DNA from: Azolla caroliniana
Lineage: Eukaryota > Plantae > Polypodiophyta
Direction: 5' to 3'
DNA: 64,000 nt
NCBI GenBank assembly: GCA_043228905.1
Contig: JBHGNT010000020.1
Coordinates: 6,448,001-6,512,000 of the forward strand
The translations under genes and the position numbers were made by a program. This document shows, piece by piece, positions 1-10,465 of the stretch (positions are counted from its first letter, which is position 1; every line of letters starts with the position of its first letter). The notes under the pieces were generated by a model. That model searched no databases. It had not been told where the DNA came from and saw nothing but the letters and a program-made list of their open reading frames with translations.

Positions 1-873
1 GTTTCCGATTATTTTTTAGAACCGTGTTGGGTCGCATGTGGTTTCAGAGTCGGGGCAAAGCTTCACATTCCTATCCAGACGAGTTGAGATGGACTTGCAT
101 TTCATCATACTGAACTTGAAGTGGCATTGACCAAATGTGGCTATGCTAAGATGGATTGTATATGTAAGTTCGCTTAATCTGGAGGTACGACACATCTCAG
201 GGAAAGAAAACACGATGGCAGATATGCTATCAAGGGAACGGTTCAGAGATGATGTAGCTGAATCATATAATGAAGAAGTTTCCGAAGACTACTTTACGTC
301 GGAGCACATATGTCGGGTGATCGCAATCCGGGAGTTCCCGGAAGTCAAATACGAGGGAGAAAGCTTGTTGATTGAGAAATTGCTACAAAAAATCGAGGAA
401 TCATCGAAAAATAAGGAAAAGAGAGCTAAGATCCAAAGGAAGAAACGAAAAGTTCGGAAGTTCTTCTTGAACAATGGATTAATCTGGAGGGAGCTGAAAA
501 GACCAGATGGCATACCACTACGGGTAGTCGGCACAAAGGAACAATAGAAACATGTAATATCTAAATTTCATGAATCCGATTGGGCTGAACATTGAGGACC
601 ATGGGCGACATTTACAAAGATCAAGCAAAAATATTGGTGAAAGAAAATGTACAAGGATATAGCAAAGTTCATTGAAAATTGCGAGAAATGTCAAATCTAC
701 TACGGAGTTCAACACCAGGATGAATTACATTCAACATTCTCACCAGCAATCAACTTTAAATGGATTTTCTACATCGTGGCCATGCCAACCAGGATCGGAC
801 AAAAGAAATTCTTGGTGCTAGCTCAAGAGGATCTAATAAACCAAGTAGAGGGTCAGGTGCTACGAAGAAAAAT
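1..873 (+). pseudogene. Ty3/Gypsy pol fragment (RNase H end and integrase N-terminus), degenerate
   Basis: MLRWIVYVSSLNLEVRHISGKENTMADMLSR and FLVLAQEDLINQVEG align by eye with the pol at 47050-47850. Several premature stops. Cut off at about 875 by an LTR. Confidence 0.85.
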
Positions 874-876
874 TGT

Positions 877-2930
877 TGTTGGGTGGGGGGTGAAACCTAG
901 AATGGCTTCACCCCCCTCCTAACAGGGTTACGATAGTGAGAGAACTAGAGAGAAAGACAAATGGAAAGTGACACAAAATGAGAGGGGAAAAATGTTATTT
1001 CATTACATACCCCATAGGGGGTTTATATAATACATCCAATGTAACGGTTACATGACCGTTATAAATAAGACCGTTACACATTTTTGTACACATGCACATA
1101 ATTGTGCATGTGTCCATACACATACTCATCCTCACACACTCATTTACTTTACACATACACATCAACCACATCATTACACATACCCTTATTTCTCCCCGTA
1201 TATTCTTACGGGTAACACATGGCACGCCTGTGGGATAGTGCATTGCACGGTGAACCCACTCGCCATGGCAACTCTTCTCGACCGGAACTCCATCAGTCGT
1301 CTCAACGGTTGGAAATCCCTCGACCAGATCATTACTCTACGATTGATAACTTCGATCGGAGCTTTGCTTGACTAGAACCTTCTCGTTCGATCAACCCAAG
1401 TTGCGATTGGATCATACACCAATCGGCTAATTCACTATGGCATGGGTCGTGAAATCGTGTTGTGCATTTGTGTATTCTTTCTTTCATCATGTGAAGTGAG
1501 TTTTATATTTTGTACCCTTTGGTCTTTAAACATTTTCGTTTTTACCCTCAAATTTTTGAGATTTTAATGGATACCCTTGAGCTTGTGAAATTCTCCTCTC
1601 TACCCCACTTCTCTTTCTTATTTCTTTTCTTCTTCGTACACTACTTCTTCGTCTTTTCTTTGGCTGTCTTCGCGGTCGGCACTTGGCCCTTCTCTCGGTC
1701 GCGCGTTTAGGCCGTACTCACGGGCGCGCGTCTCGGCCATACTCTTGACCATGCGTCTCGACTGTGTTCTCGACCGCTCGTGTTGGACGTATTCTTGACT
1801 GCTCTCTCGATCACACCTCTCGGCCACACGTCTTGGCCGTGTGGCTATCCACTCGGGATTAGCTTTACTATGGCCACCCACTTGCTGCCCATCTTCCGTC
1901 TAGAACTTCGCGCTTGATGTGAGGCCTCAGATGGTTTTGCCTAGGTTCTCTGCATCGAATTGATATCATAGAGAGACGAGTGTAGAGAGTTTGCTAAAGG
2001 AATTGATTTTGTCGTGACATCAATTATTTCCCTCATGTATACCCTTTCGTTTTCTAAAATTTTGTCGAATGGCCTTCCATTTCTTCACATTCTGATGATG
2101 CCCTCAAGCTTCCCTCTTTACTTTCTGTCTGCATCTTGCTTTGTCCTTCCCTCTTCTTCTTTCTTTCTTTCTTCTTGCTTTCTGTCTGCATCTTTTTCTT
2201 CTTGTTCTTCGTTTTCTCTTTCTTCTCTGCTTATTACTCAACTTCTTCTTCATCCGTTTCTCCTTCTATTCGTTTTCTTCTTCTTTCTTTTCCTATCTTC
2301 TTTGCTTCTGTCTTCTCTTGGTGACCTTCTCTACGCATGTCATTCTGTCCGGCTGTCGTTTCCACCCGCCGGTTGTCCGATGGCGTTCTTGTCCGGCAGT
2401 CGGCTCCATCCGCCGTCTGTCCACCGTATAGTTGTCGGTCGGCGGTCTCGCCGACTGTCCGGCGACCGGCTCTGTCTGTAGCCATCTGCCTTGGCCAGTT
2501 GGCTCCATCCGCTGTCCGCCGGATATCTTTGTTTGACCGGCCTGTTGGCTGTGACGTTCCAGCCCTCTACCGGACGTGGGCCATCTCTCAACCGTGCCTA
2601 TGCTATGGCCGGCTCCGTTCGGGCCGTCGTCTTTCGGCCTCAATATCTCGGCCGTTCAGCTAGTCCTGCTGGACCGTCTGCTGGCGTCATCCTCCAAATG
2701 ACTGTCACTTGGCCGTCTCTCTCCTTTGGCTGGCTTTGGCCCTGTCCTGCCGCAGCCATCCATCGGTTGTCGCCACCACTGTCTGTCTGTCTGTCTGTCG
2801 GCTACCGGACCTCCTGTCCTGCCATCCACCCTCTTGCTCGGCTACCTCAGCTTTGCGCTGGAGGTCCTCCCGCCACACGTCTATTGGCGCTTTTTGCTCA
2901 ACTTATGAGTGACTGAATGACTTGTATCTC
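877..2930 (-). mobile_element. 3' end of a Gypsy-type element: putative 3' LTR (877-1217) plus decayed charged/low-complexity internal region
   Basis: TGTTGG...GGTAACA termini with a TATA-like motif at about 1022. The flank at 1218-1242 (TGGCACGCCTGTGGGATAGTGC) matches the LTR-adjacent motif at 3752-3776. No TSD found and the right boundary is approximate. Confidence 0.45.
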
Positions 2931-3798
2931 ACAAATAGCCTTGTCCTCAGCTTCCAGCGCAGAAAATACACCAGATTCTGATTTGGTTTCCTTCAAACTT
3001 TTACTTCTTGAATCCAATTGCACTATTGCCCCTCAACATTAACACTATAATCTGATGTCTCCCAGTCATGGGATTTCTTTTCTTCCCATGTGGACATATT
3101 TTCTTCATTTCTTCTGCATCATCAATATTCTGATCTCGCATAACTTCTTTGAGCTCGCAAATCTTTGATCCTTCGATTTTCACATCATCATTATTACTAG
3201 TTGTAGTGCCAAGCTTTGGAATAGGCAGAGAAATGAACGAATCAAGAAGAGGCTATAGCACAAACCAAGATTAGGGTTGGGTGTATGCCCAGAGAAGGCA
3301 CATGATGATGATATGCATGCAGCGAGGGAAGAGTAGAATCGAAGCACCAGAGGTAGTGCAGAAGTGGTCGAATAAACGGTGAATCAAGGAATGATCTCGT
3401 GAAGCACTGCCATACCCATGGTCCACGACAGGGAAGGAAGAAGGTAAGGTTGAACAAAGATCATGATTAACGGAGTGGGTGAGACAGACAAATAGATATA
3501 GGTTCAGACTGGCTAACTGACTAGTGGTACAGTGACTTTTACTAGTACATGGATGTAGTATTCTATTAGAATAACGCTCTATGCATCAGAATTACACGCT
3601 ACCTCTTACACAGGATTTCTGCCCTTTATATACCCAGGGTCTTTTAGCCGTTCACGCTTCCCGCGTGAACTGTTACATGCGTTTCTTACGCTTTTACTAT
3701 ATCTAATATTTTTGCGCTTCTGTCCGTCGGTTACTATTCTGGCGGACAGCCCCTGGCACGCCTGTGGGACAGTGCCATGGCACGTCAGACCCACCCCT

Positions 3799-6700
3799 TT
3801 AATCTTCCTCCAAAATGGCCTGGATGTTTGGTTCCGCCCCGATGTCCTGGTCTGGGGATGGCGTAGTGTTCGTAGGCGCGTCGTTGCGCGGTTCCATGTC
3901 TTGTACGTGCTCGGTGGGGCTTTCCATGGTGTTAATGTCTCCCTGTGTGGGCGGTCCGGGCTCTATTGGCTCCTCCCGTTCTACTGTGGTAGGCTCATCC
4001 ATCCGCGGCCTCTCGGGAGGTTGAGGCTCTGTCTTGTCCGTAACTTCCTCCGTGTTGCCGGTCGTAGTCGTACGCTTCGGTGAATGGAGTTGAGGTTCGT
4101 CTTGTTCGGCGGTCTCACTTTCCGGTATCGCGAGGGGCTCCGCTCGTTGTTCCGTGCTGCCTACCGTAGTTGTTATTTCCAGTGATGTGGGCTGAGGCTC
4201 CTCTTGTTCGGCAGTATCACTTACTGGTATCGCGATGGATTCCTTGTTTGGTCACGTACTATCGACTTGCATGATTTGGTGAAACATGTCCTCTTGACTT
4301 TCGCCAAAATCGTCTAGTAGCTGCGCGAGTTCCTTGGAGTGTTGGTCCACTAGCGTGCGATAATTCTGCGCTAGGTCCTCGCGTACTGCCGCAATGCTTT
4401 CCTCATTGAGTTTGTAGAAACCTCGACCGTCTTTCCTTCGGTTCTCCCAGACCGCCCGGTAAGTATGCAACTCCGCCGCTTGTGCAACCCACGCCATCCA
4501 ACGTTTGTCTAGTGCCGCTTGTAATTGCGTCGTAAACCTCTCCCGATTTGTTTGAAGAAGTATGCACACGTTGTCGGTTATTGCTTGGTAGCGATTGCGC
4601 ACTTCTTCCACGGTTTTCTTGAGGTTTTCGATTTCTTGCTTATTGACCGCCGCCGCTTCCTCATAATTGCTCCTCATTCCTGCCCATAACTGAGACTCCT
4701 TGGAGTGTAATTCCTCCAGCTTTCCCATTTCATTGTTCAGGTAGATTTCGACCTGATGCCTCACCTCCTGTTCCCGTACAAGCTGCTCGTCGAACCACGC
4801 TTTCTTCTATTCCAATAACGCTGGAAGTCTCGTGATTGCCGTATCCGATTTTTGCGCTTCCTCCCGTAGTTTGGAGTTTTCTTCTTTCGTGCGGGTGTGC
4901 TCTGTTGCCTCCGCTTCAAGTTTTTCTTCGAGGGCCTTCACTGCCTTTCAGCCTTTGGCCCAGATGTCCTTTTCTTTGTCAGAGGATTAGCGAAGTTCGG
5001 AGCCGAGGCAGTCAATCTCGGATTCCGCCAACTGCACGACGCTCTTTGCTTTTGAGGCAATGGCGGTTTGGGCTTCAACCTCTTCTCTCAGGGATTGGGC
5101 CTCGGCGGTGGTGTCTGTTGGTCGAGATGCCTGTTGCGCCGTAGTTGCGTTACGTTCCAACTCCGCGATGCGTTCGTTGGCCTTTTGTAGCTCAGCTTGG
5201 GTTTGTTTAACCGTTTTCCAAACATTTTCGTTTTTAATCGCCATATCCTTGGCGCCAAGACTGACCTAAGCTAGTTTGCTATGAACCTCGACGAGGGCCG
5301 CATTAAATGGGGGTAGTTCAATTCCCATTCGACGTATCCCGATGTTCCGTTGTCTGCCTACTCTGGCTAGCGGCCCTTCATCATCGCTTTCCGCCATTTG
5401 TGTTAGCGCGATGTCGTAGTGTATTTCGTACACTACGTGAAAAACTTATAAAGTACCGATTTAATAAATATGAATAAATAGTAGAAAATATTAAAATATA
5501 TATAACATGCATAGGGCAAGATTCGAACCTTGCACCTCCATGTTAATAATGTAATGTCTTACCATTACACTAGCATTTCATTAGTGTTAAAAAGTAGACA
5601 TCCCACATAGAAGCTTTATTTCACGTATATTTTCTAGATAAAAAAAAGCTATAGTTAGATAATAAAAAACGCATGATCACTTTTAGAAAAAGCATGTAGT
5701 CTATCGACAGAAAAAGCATGGAGTCTATAGTTAGAGAAAAAGCATGGGTTGGAAAAGACTCTCTCATCTTTATATAAGGATGAGGAGCACAATGTAATAG
5801 GTGTGTGAAAAATATTTGGGAAATTGGATATATTTCCTAAAACACCAATTAATATAATCGTGGGATTCACAAAAATAATATAATCTATACTTGTGGGATT
5901 CACAAGTTTCTTATATCTTTCTTTCAATCTAAATACATATTCTTATCTAAATATTGATTAATCGAATACAATACACTCGTGGGATTCACGAAATTTCTAT
6001 CTCTCTTTCTAATAATCTATTCATTACTAGCCTTATCTCATATTCTTCTTTTTCCTAGTCCATAACCCCAGTGGTTCCCACCCGACTCACGCAAACGATC
6101 TGGCGCCGAAAGGCACGACAACGCGCTCAATCATTTATTGTTCTGCGTGCTCCTCGGCCATTTGTTGTGAGACTTTTATTTGTTGCATTGCCAAAATATC
6201 CATGAGTTCGTAAGTAGTTCCGAACTGTAATAGTGCACCGAACTCATGGGTTGTGTCCGGATACTTCAGGACCTTGCATTCTGCCGTAAATATGCCTTTC
6301 CCCCGCTGTGACTAGGCCATAATGATCGATCGTGGTTCCCGGATTATTTCGAAAGTGGTGTTCAGCTCCGTAGCTTCGGAACTGTTGACCACGCCAGTCG
6401 TCTCTGTGGCTGCGAGTGTGTCTTTAACTAATCCGCGCCCATTTTTCATGTCCAGCCTCCGCCGTTTCAGCCTCGGGCTTTCTAGACGTTGCTTGGTTTC
6501 CTGCTCATGTAGGGATTCCTCCCTGCGCTCCGGTCATTCTTCCTGTGTTGTCTGCATGTTGGCCTAGGCTGATTGGGGCTCATCCTCCCATTCCATGGTG
6601 GCCAACTCCGCTAACCTCCGTTTCGCAGAACGTGGCGGCGGCATGGGTTTGCTGGGTTGTGGTGCGAGCAGACCTCGGGGTGGGAATAGTATCATCAGAT

Positions 6701-7430
6701 ACTATTGTATGATTGGCCTTAGCTTTTTGCTGCCATGATACGCGTGCAAGCCTTCCCGTAACGCTGGTCCCATAATGATCCCCCAATCAACCGCGCGCCC
6801 TTCGAAGGTATCAATGATGATGCTTGCCTTCTGCTTTGGCATCCCATAGGCATTTACATGCACGCATTCGACTTCCAACAAGAACTTGGCTATTTTGTGA
6901 AAGAAGGGATTGGGGATTTCCTTCGTCCTATATGTCTTGGCGGACGCCGAATATGCCCCGAAATATCTCTGCAAAGTTTCCGCAGGAGGAATGTCGAAAT
7001 GTCTTTCTCCGAGCAATGACAGGTCAAGCTTCTTCCGGATGGAAGAGTTGGTGACTGTGTCTATATTGAGTTTCCTGGCGATGTCCAGGGCTTCAGGATG
7101 AGCGGGTCCCTCGGCGACTTTGATGTATCCATCCAGGCGCTTTTCGACGAGCCATCTATGCAAGGCGGCAGAAATAGGGATCGGCATTGTAGGAGGGTGA
7201 GATTCGTGGATAGTGGGTGAGGTATGGTGGCTATGGTGAACTTGAGCTCTGTGGTATGGCGGAGAGGAAGGTGAGTGAGGGGAGCGATGAGAGCGATGAG
7301 AGTTAGAAGGTTGGTTTCTGTTCTGTGCAGAAAACCTTCTATTTTCTTCTTTTTGTGGCCTAGGGTTCATTGGTCTGTGAGCCATCGTGGTGCCACATGT
7401 TCTTGCTCTAGAAGTTTGTGCATGCATCAA
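3799..7430 (-). pseudogene. Accessory ORF 3' of pol, about 960 codons when reconstructed, interrupted by stops and a solo LTR
   Basis: ORFs 6702-7430, 4987-5244, 4252-4764 and 3799-4002 fall in one frame once the 737-bp insert at 5401-6137 is removed (junction QQMAEEHAEQ*MAESDDEG). The stops checked are consistent with C>T changes. Confidence 0.7.
5401..6133 (+). mobile_element. Solo LTR (or TIR element) with extended inverted termini and a 4-bp TSD
   Basis: TGTTAGCGCGATGTCGT...ACGACAACGCGCTCAATCA, flanked by TTTG/TTTA. Removing it restores the host reading frame. AT-rich, TATATAA at about 5771. Strand inferred. Confidence 0.7.
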
Positions 7431-7584
7431 GTCCTTTTAATAGCGTCACTATCTCCTCTTTTTTTCTCTTTTTTTCTTTTTTGTAACGGTTACATACAAT
7501 ATTATTTTTACACTATAGTACAAGTAGGGCCCTATACTTACTCCGCGGATTCGCCGGTTTTGTCCTGTCCTGCGGGGAACGAGT

Positions 7585-8239
7585 TAAGGCGTAGGCCCCA
7601 GGTAGGGTTTAAAGCGAAACCCATTCACCTTTTGTCGGAGCACTTCTCCGGCCAAGGTGCCAAGTTGAAATGTGTTGTTTTCCGCTCCAACTATCTAGTA
7701 TGGGCCTGTCCAGCGGAATCTTAATTTTCTTAGCATTTTCCCCATGCGTGTTTGAAAAACTAATACCGCCTTCCCGGCCGTAAAATCCTTTTCACGCTAT
7801 TGTTGTTGAGCGTCGTCCATATCGGTCATCGTAAGGCTACCAGAAATGTCTCCCGAGCCTCATCCTCTATCGAGCCCCATTCTAATTTCCGCCACAAATT
7901 TTGGAAGCGTAAACTGAAGTCTGCGACAGTTTCAGCTAGCAACTGTTTGATTGTATAGAACTGCCCGAGGATTTCGCATTGCAGCACCCTCCGATGAAAG
8001 AACCGGAGAAAGGCCGACTGCAGCTAGTTAAAGGTCGTGATTGCTGGCAGATCCATTTGCGAATGCCAAAACACAGCTCTACCATCGAGCGTTAATCCAA
8101 ACTCTATCATTTTGGACTGGTGCATTAGCTCTTCTGGAAGTCTTTGCGCCATGCGATTCGCATTCCAGACATTCAGGAATAGGCGAATGTGGGTTGTGGC
8201 GTCTGTTTCGCCGTTGAAGCGGGGATAGGAGAAGGCCAT
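7585..8239 (-). pseudogene. gag N-terminus joined by deletion to integrase C-terminal (GPY/F) domain
   Basis: MAFSYPRFNGETDATTHIRLF...FGLTLDGRAVFW (retrotransposon gag-like), then within about 100 bp REKDFTAGKAVLVFQ...RWTGPY*I...VNGFRFKPY. PR, RT and RH are absent. Confidence 0.75.
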
Positions 8240-9586
8240 GCTGGACACTACAATGGGCAGGGGAAAACCACCGTACTTGTGTGGTGACGGAATTGCCTGC
8301 GTGTCACCGGGGTATTTGGTGAGCGGGAAGGCGATTTTGTGGTCCTGACAGATATCACTGAGGTCACTAACACGAGGTTTTTGCCTTGCGCGTTCCTTTG
8401 CCTGGTGTGTGATGGACCTTGTGACTGGTCGGTCGTGTCGTGTTGGTTCTCTAGGACGTCTACAGCTAAACATCCATTCATCGTTGTTCGTCTGTGAGAA
8501 GACACAGATCACCAAGCGTACCAAACGTGTTACCAATTTGGAACACTATCTACGGTCGGTTCTTCAACCTAGACCTCAAGGTGACTGTGTTGCAAGGAAT
8601 GGTACCGTCGTACCATAATACATAATGGGATACTTCCCCGTATCCTAGTAGCGTATAAGGGGAGACGGCTACAACCGAACTCCTTAGGAAGTACACTTAG
8701 GATCCGCAATTACGCCTACACCTTTACGATTACAGCCCGCCACAGAGAACAAAGAACACAGTAGATAGAACCACAAATATGCATAGAAATCAGGGAAGAT
8801 AGTATTCTATTAGAATAACGCTCTATGCATCAAAATTACACGCTACCTCTTACAGAGGATTTCTGCCCTTTATATACCTAGGTTCTTTTAGCCGTTCACG
8901 CTTCCCGCGTGAACCGTTACATGCATTTCTTACGATTTTACTATATTCTAATATTTCTGCGCTTCTGTCCGTCGGTTACTATTCCGACAGACAACAATGT
9001 CCCACAGAGGGTGTGGGCAGGAAAGGATGTCTCCTACCGACACCTGAGGGTGTTCGGATGCCTAGTGTACATGCATGTAGCTAAGGATCAGAGGTCAAAG
9101 CTCGACAGTAAGTCAAAACCATGCATATTTATGGGATACTCGAAAGATGAGTTTGGCTATAGGCTATGGGACCTAGTCGACAAGAAGGTAGTGAGGAGTC
9201 GGGATGTAGTCTTCTTGGAAGACAAGACCATAGAGGACTTGAAGCAAGAGAAGTTGGAATCGACTAACCAATCAACCTCCACTACTATCGACTTGAGGCC
9301 AAGTGAACCGGCACAACTAGTTGTTCGGAGGCAGGCAGTCGGCACAGCCGATTCCGAGTTGGTCGACTTGGAGAGACCGACCGACTATGAGTCTGAGTTG
9401 GCAGAGCTATTAAGATCAATCGAAGAATACGAGTTGGAGTCGTCCAACCTTCAGAAGCTGATTGACATCTAGGAACCCAAACAAAGAGGAGAGTCAGGAG
9501 AGACACCTGAACGAGAGCCGACAATGAGTGGAAGGAGAAACCCACTCAGAGAAAGGAGAGCACCAATAACATATGCTAGTCAATAC

Positions 9587-10465
9587 TGTTGGGAGACAGG
9601 TCCCTCCGGATGGGAAGGGAGAAGAACAGTGCTGATAAGCAAACTCGGCCGAGGCCGACAGACCCAAGGCCGAAATCGGATGAGGAGTACCCGGCTACGG
9701 AGAGCCGGATGGTGCAGACCCGGTGAGAACCGGATGAGGAGTACCCAGCTATGGAGAGCCGGATGGTGCAAACCCGGTGAGAACCGGATGAGGAGTACCC
9801 AGCTACGGAGAGCCGGATGTTGCAGACCCGGTGAGAACCGGATGAGGAGTACCCGGCTACGGAGAGCCGGATGGTGCAGACCCGGTGAGAACCGGATGAG
9901 GAGTACCCGGCTACGAAGAGCCGGATGGTGCAGACCCGGTGAGAACCGGATGAGGAGTACCCGGCTACGGAGAGCCGGATGGTGCAGACCCGGTGAGGAG
10001 TGCTCACCGGATAAAGACACATATTCGTAAATATGTTTTCCGAGAGTCCATCATGGCTATATTTGTAAATAGCCAAAAAGTCATATTAGTATAAATATGA
10101 CTTAGGGCAAACTTTTGTTGTTGTTGTCATTCTTGTTGGTGCAAGGAGAGAGAGAGAGCGCGTAACTGTGTACACATAGAGAGAGAGAGAGAAAGAGGTT
10201 GTTGCCTCTGTTGTAACTGCCGCTTGTGGCGAGGATCGTGAGCACGAGGTCGTTGCCTCCGTGAACTCACTGTTGTACATACTAACATAGTGATAGTTTG
10301 CAACCTGTGGGCTGCCGTGGTTTTTCCCTAAGTTTGGGTTTTCCACGTAAACATCCTGTGTACCCTTCTCGTCTTTGTGTCATGTTTTATTTCCCGTTTT
10401 CTGTGTATGATTCTAAGCTCGGTTGTGGCCGAGCGTTGCGTATACGGAGCGTACAGTTCCTGTCA
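9587..10465 (+). mobile_element. Solo LTR, family A copy 1
   Basis: TGTTGGGAG...GTTCCTGTCA, TSD AATAC/AGTAC. Removal restores the host YASQYILLT. Homologous to 31065-31850 and 50511-51161. Confidence 0.9.
9677..9996. repeat. About 6 x 54-bp tandem repeat in LTR U3
   Basis: Unit CGGATGAGGAGTACCCGGCTACGGAGAGCCGGATGGTGCAGACCCGGTGAGAAC, head to tail, no spacers. Confidence 0.95.

Larger units (their letters stand above)
3202..8993 (-). mobile_element. Internally deleted non-chromovirus (Athila/Tat-like) Gypsy LTR retrotransposon
   Basis: The LTR segments 3556-3748 and 8800-8993 are about 90% identical, end in GACA and contain TATATAAA on the minus strand. Internal order: gag N-terminus, integrase C-terminus (RWTGPY...KVNGFRFKPY), long extra ORF. 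The left ends of both LTRs (3202, 8539) are inferred from TG dinucleotides. No TSD. Confidence 0.75.

Noticed and set aside
5415-5436. Hairpin GTAGTGTA-TTTCG-TACACTAC as a Helitron 3' end
   Set aside because: No A/T insertion context or 5' TC end. It lies inside a TG...CA element with a TSD.
3799-7430. True envelope gene
   Set aside because: No signal peptide or transmembrane segment is visible, so it is kept as an unassigned accessory ORF.
9524-10076. Repetitive ORFs, or a CRISPR-like array
   Set aside because: The 54-bp units are contiguous with no spacers and no cas genes. The ORFs arise because the unit length is a multiple of 3.
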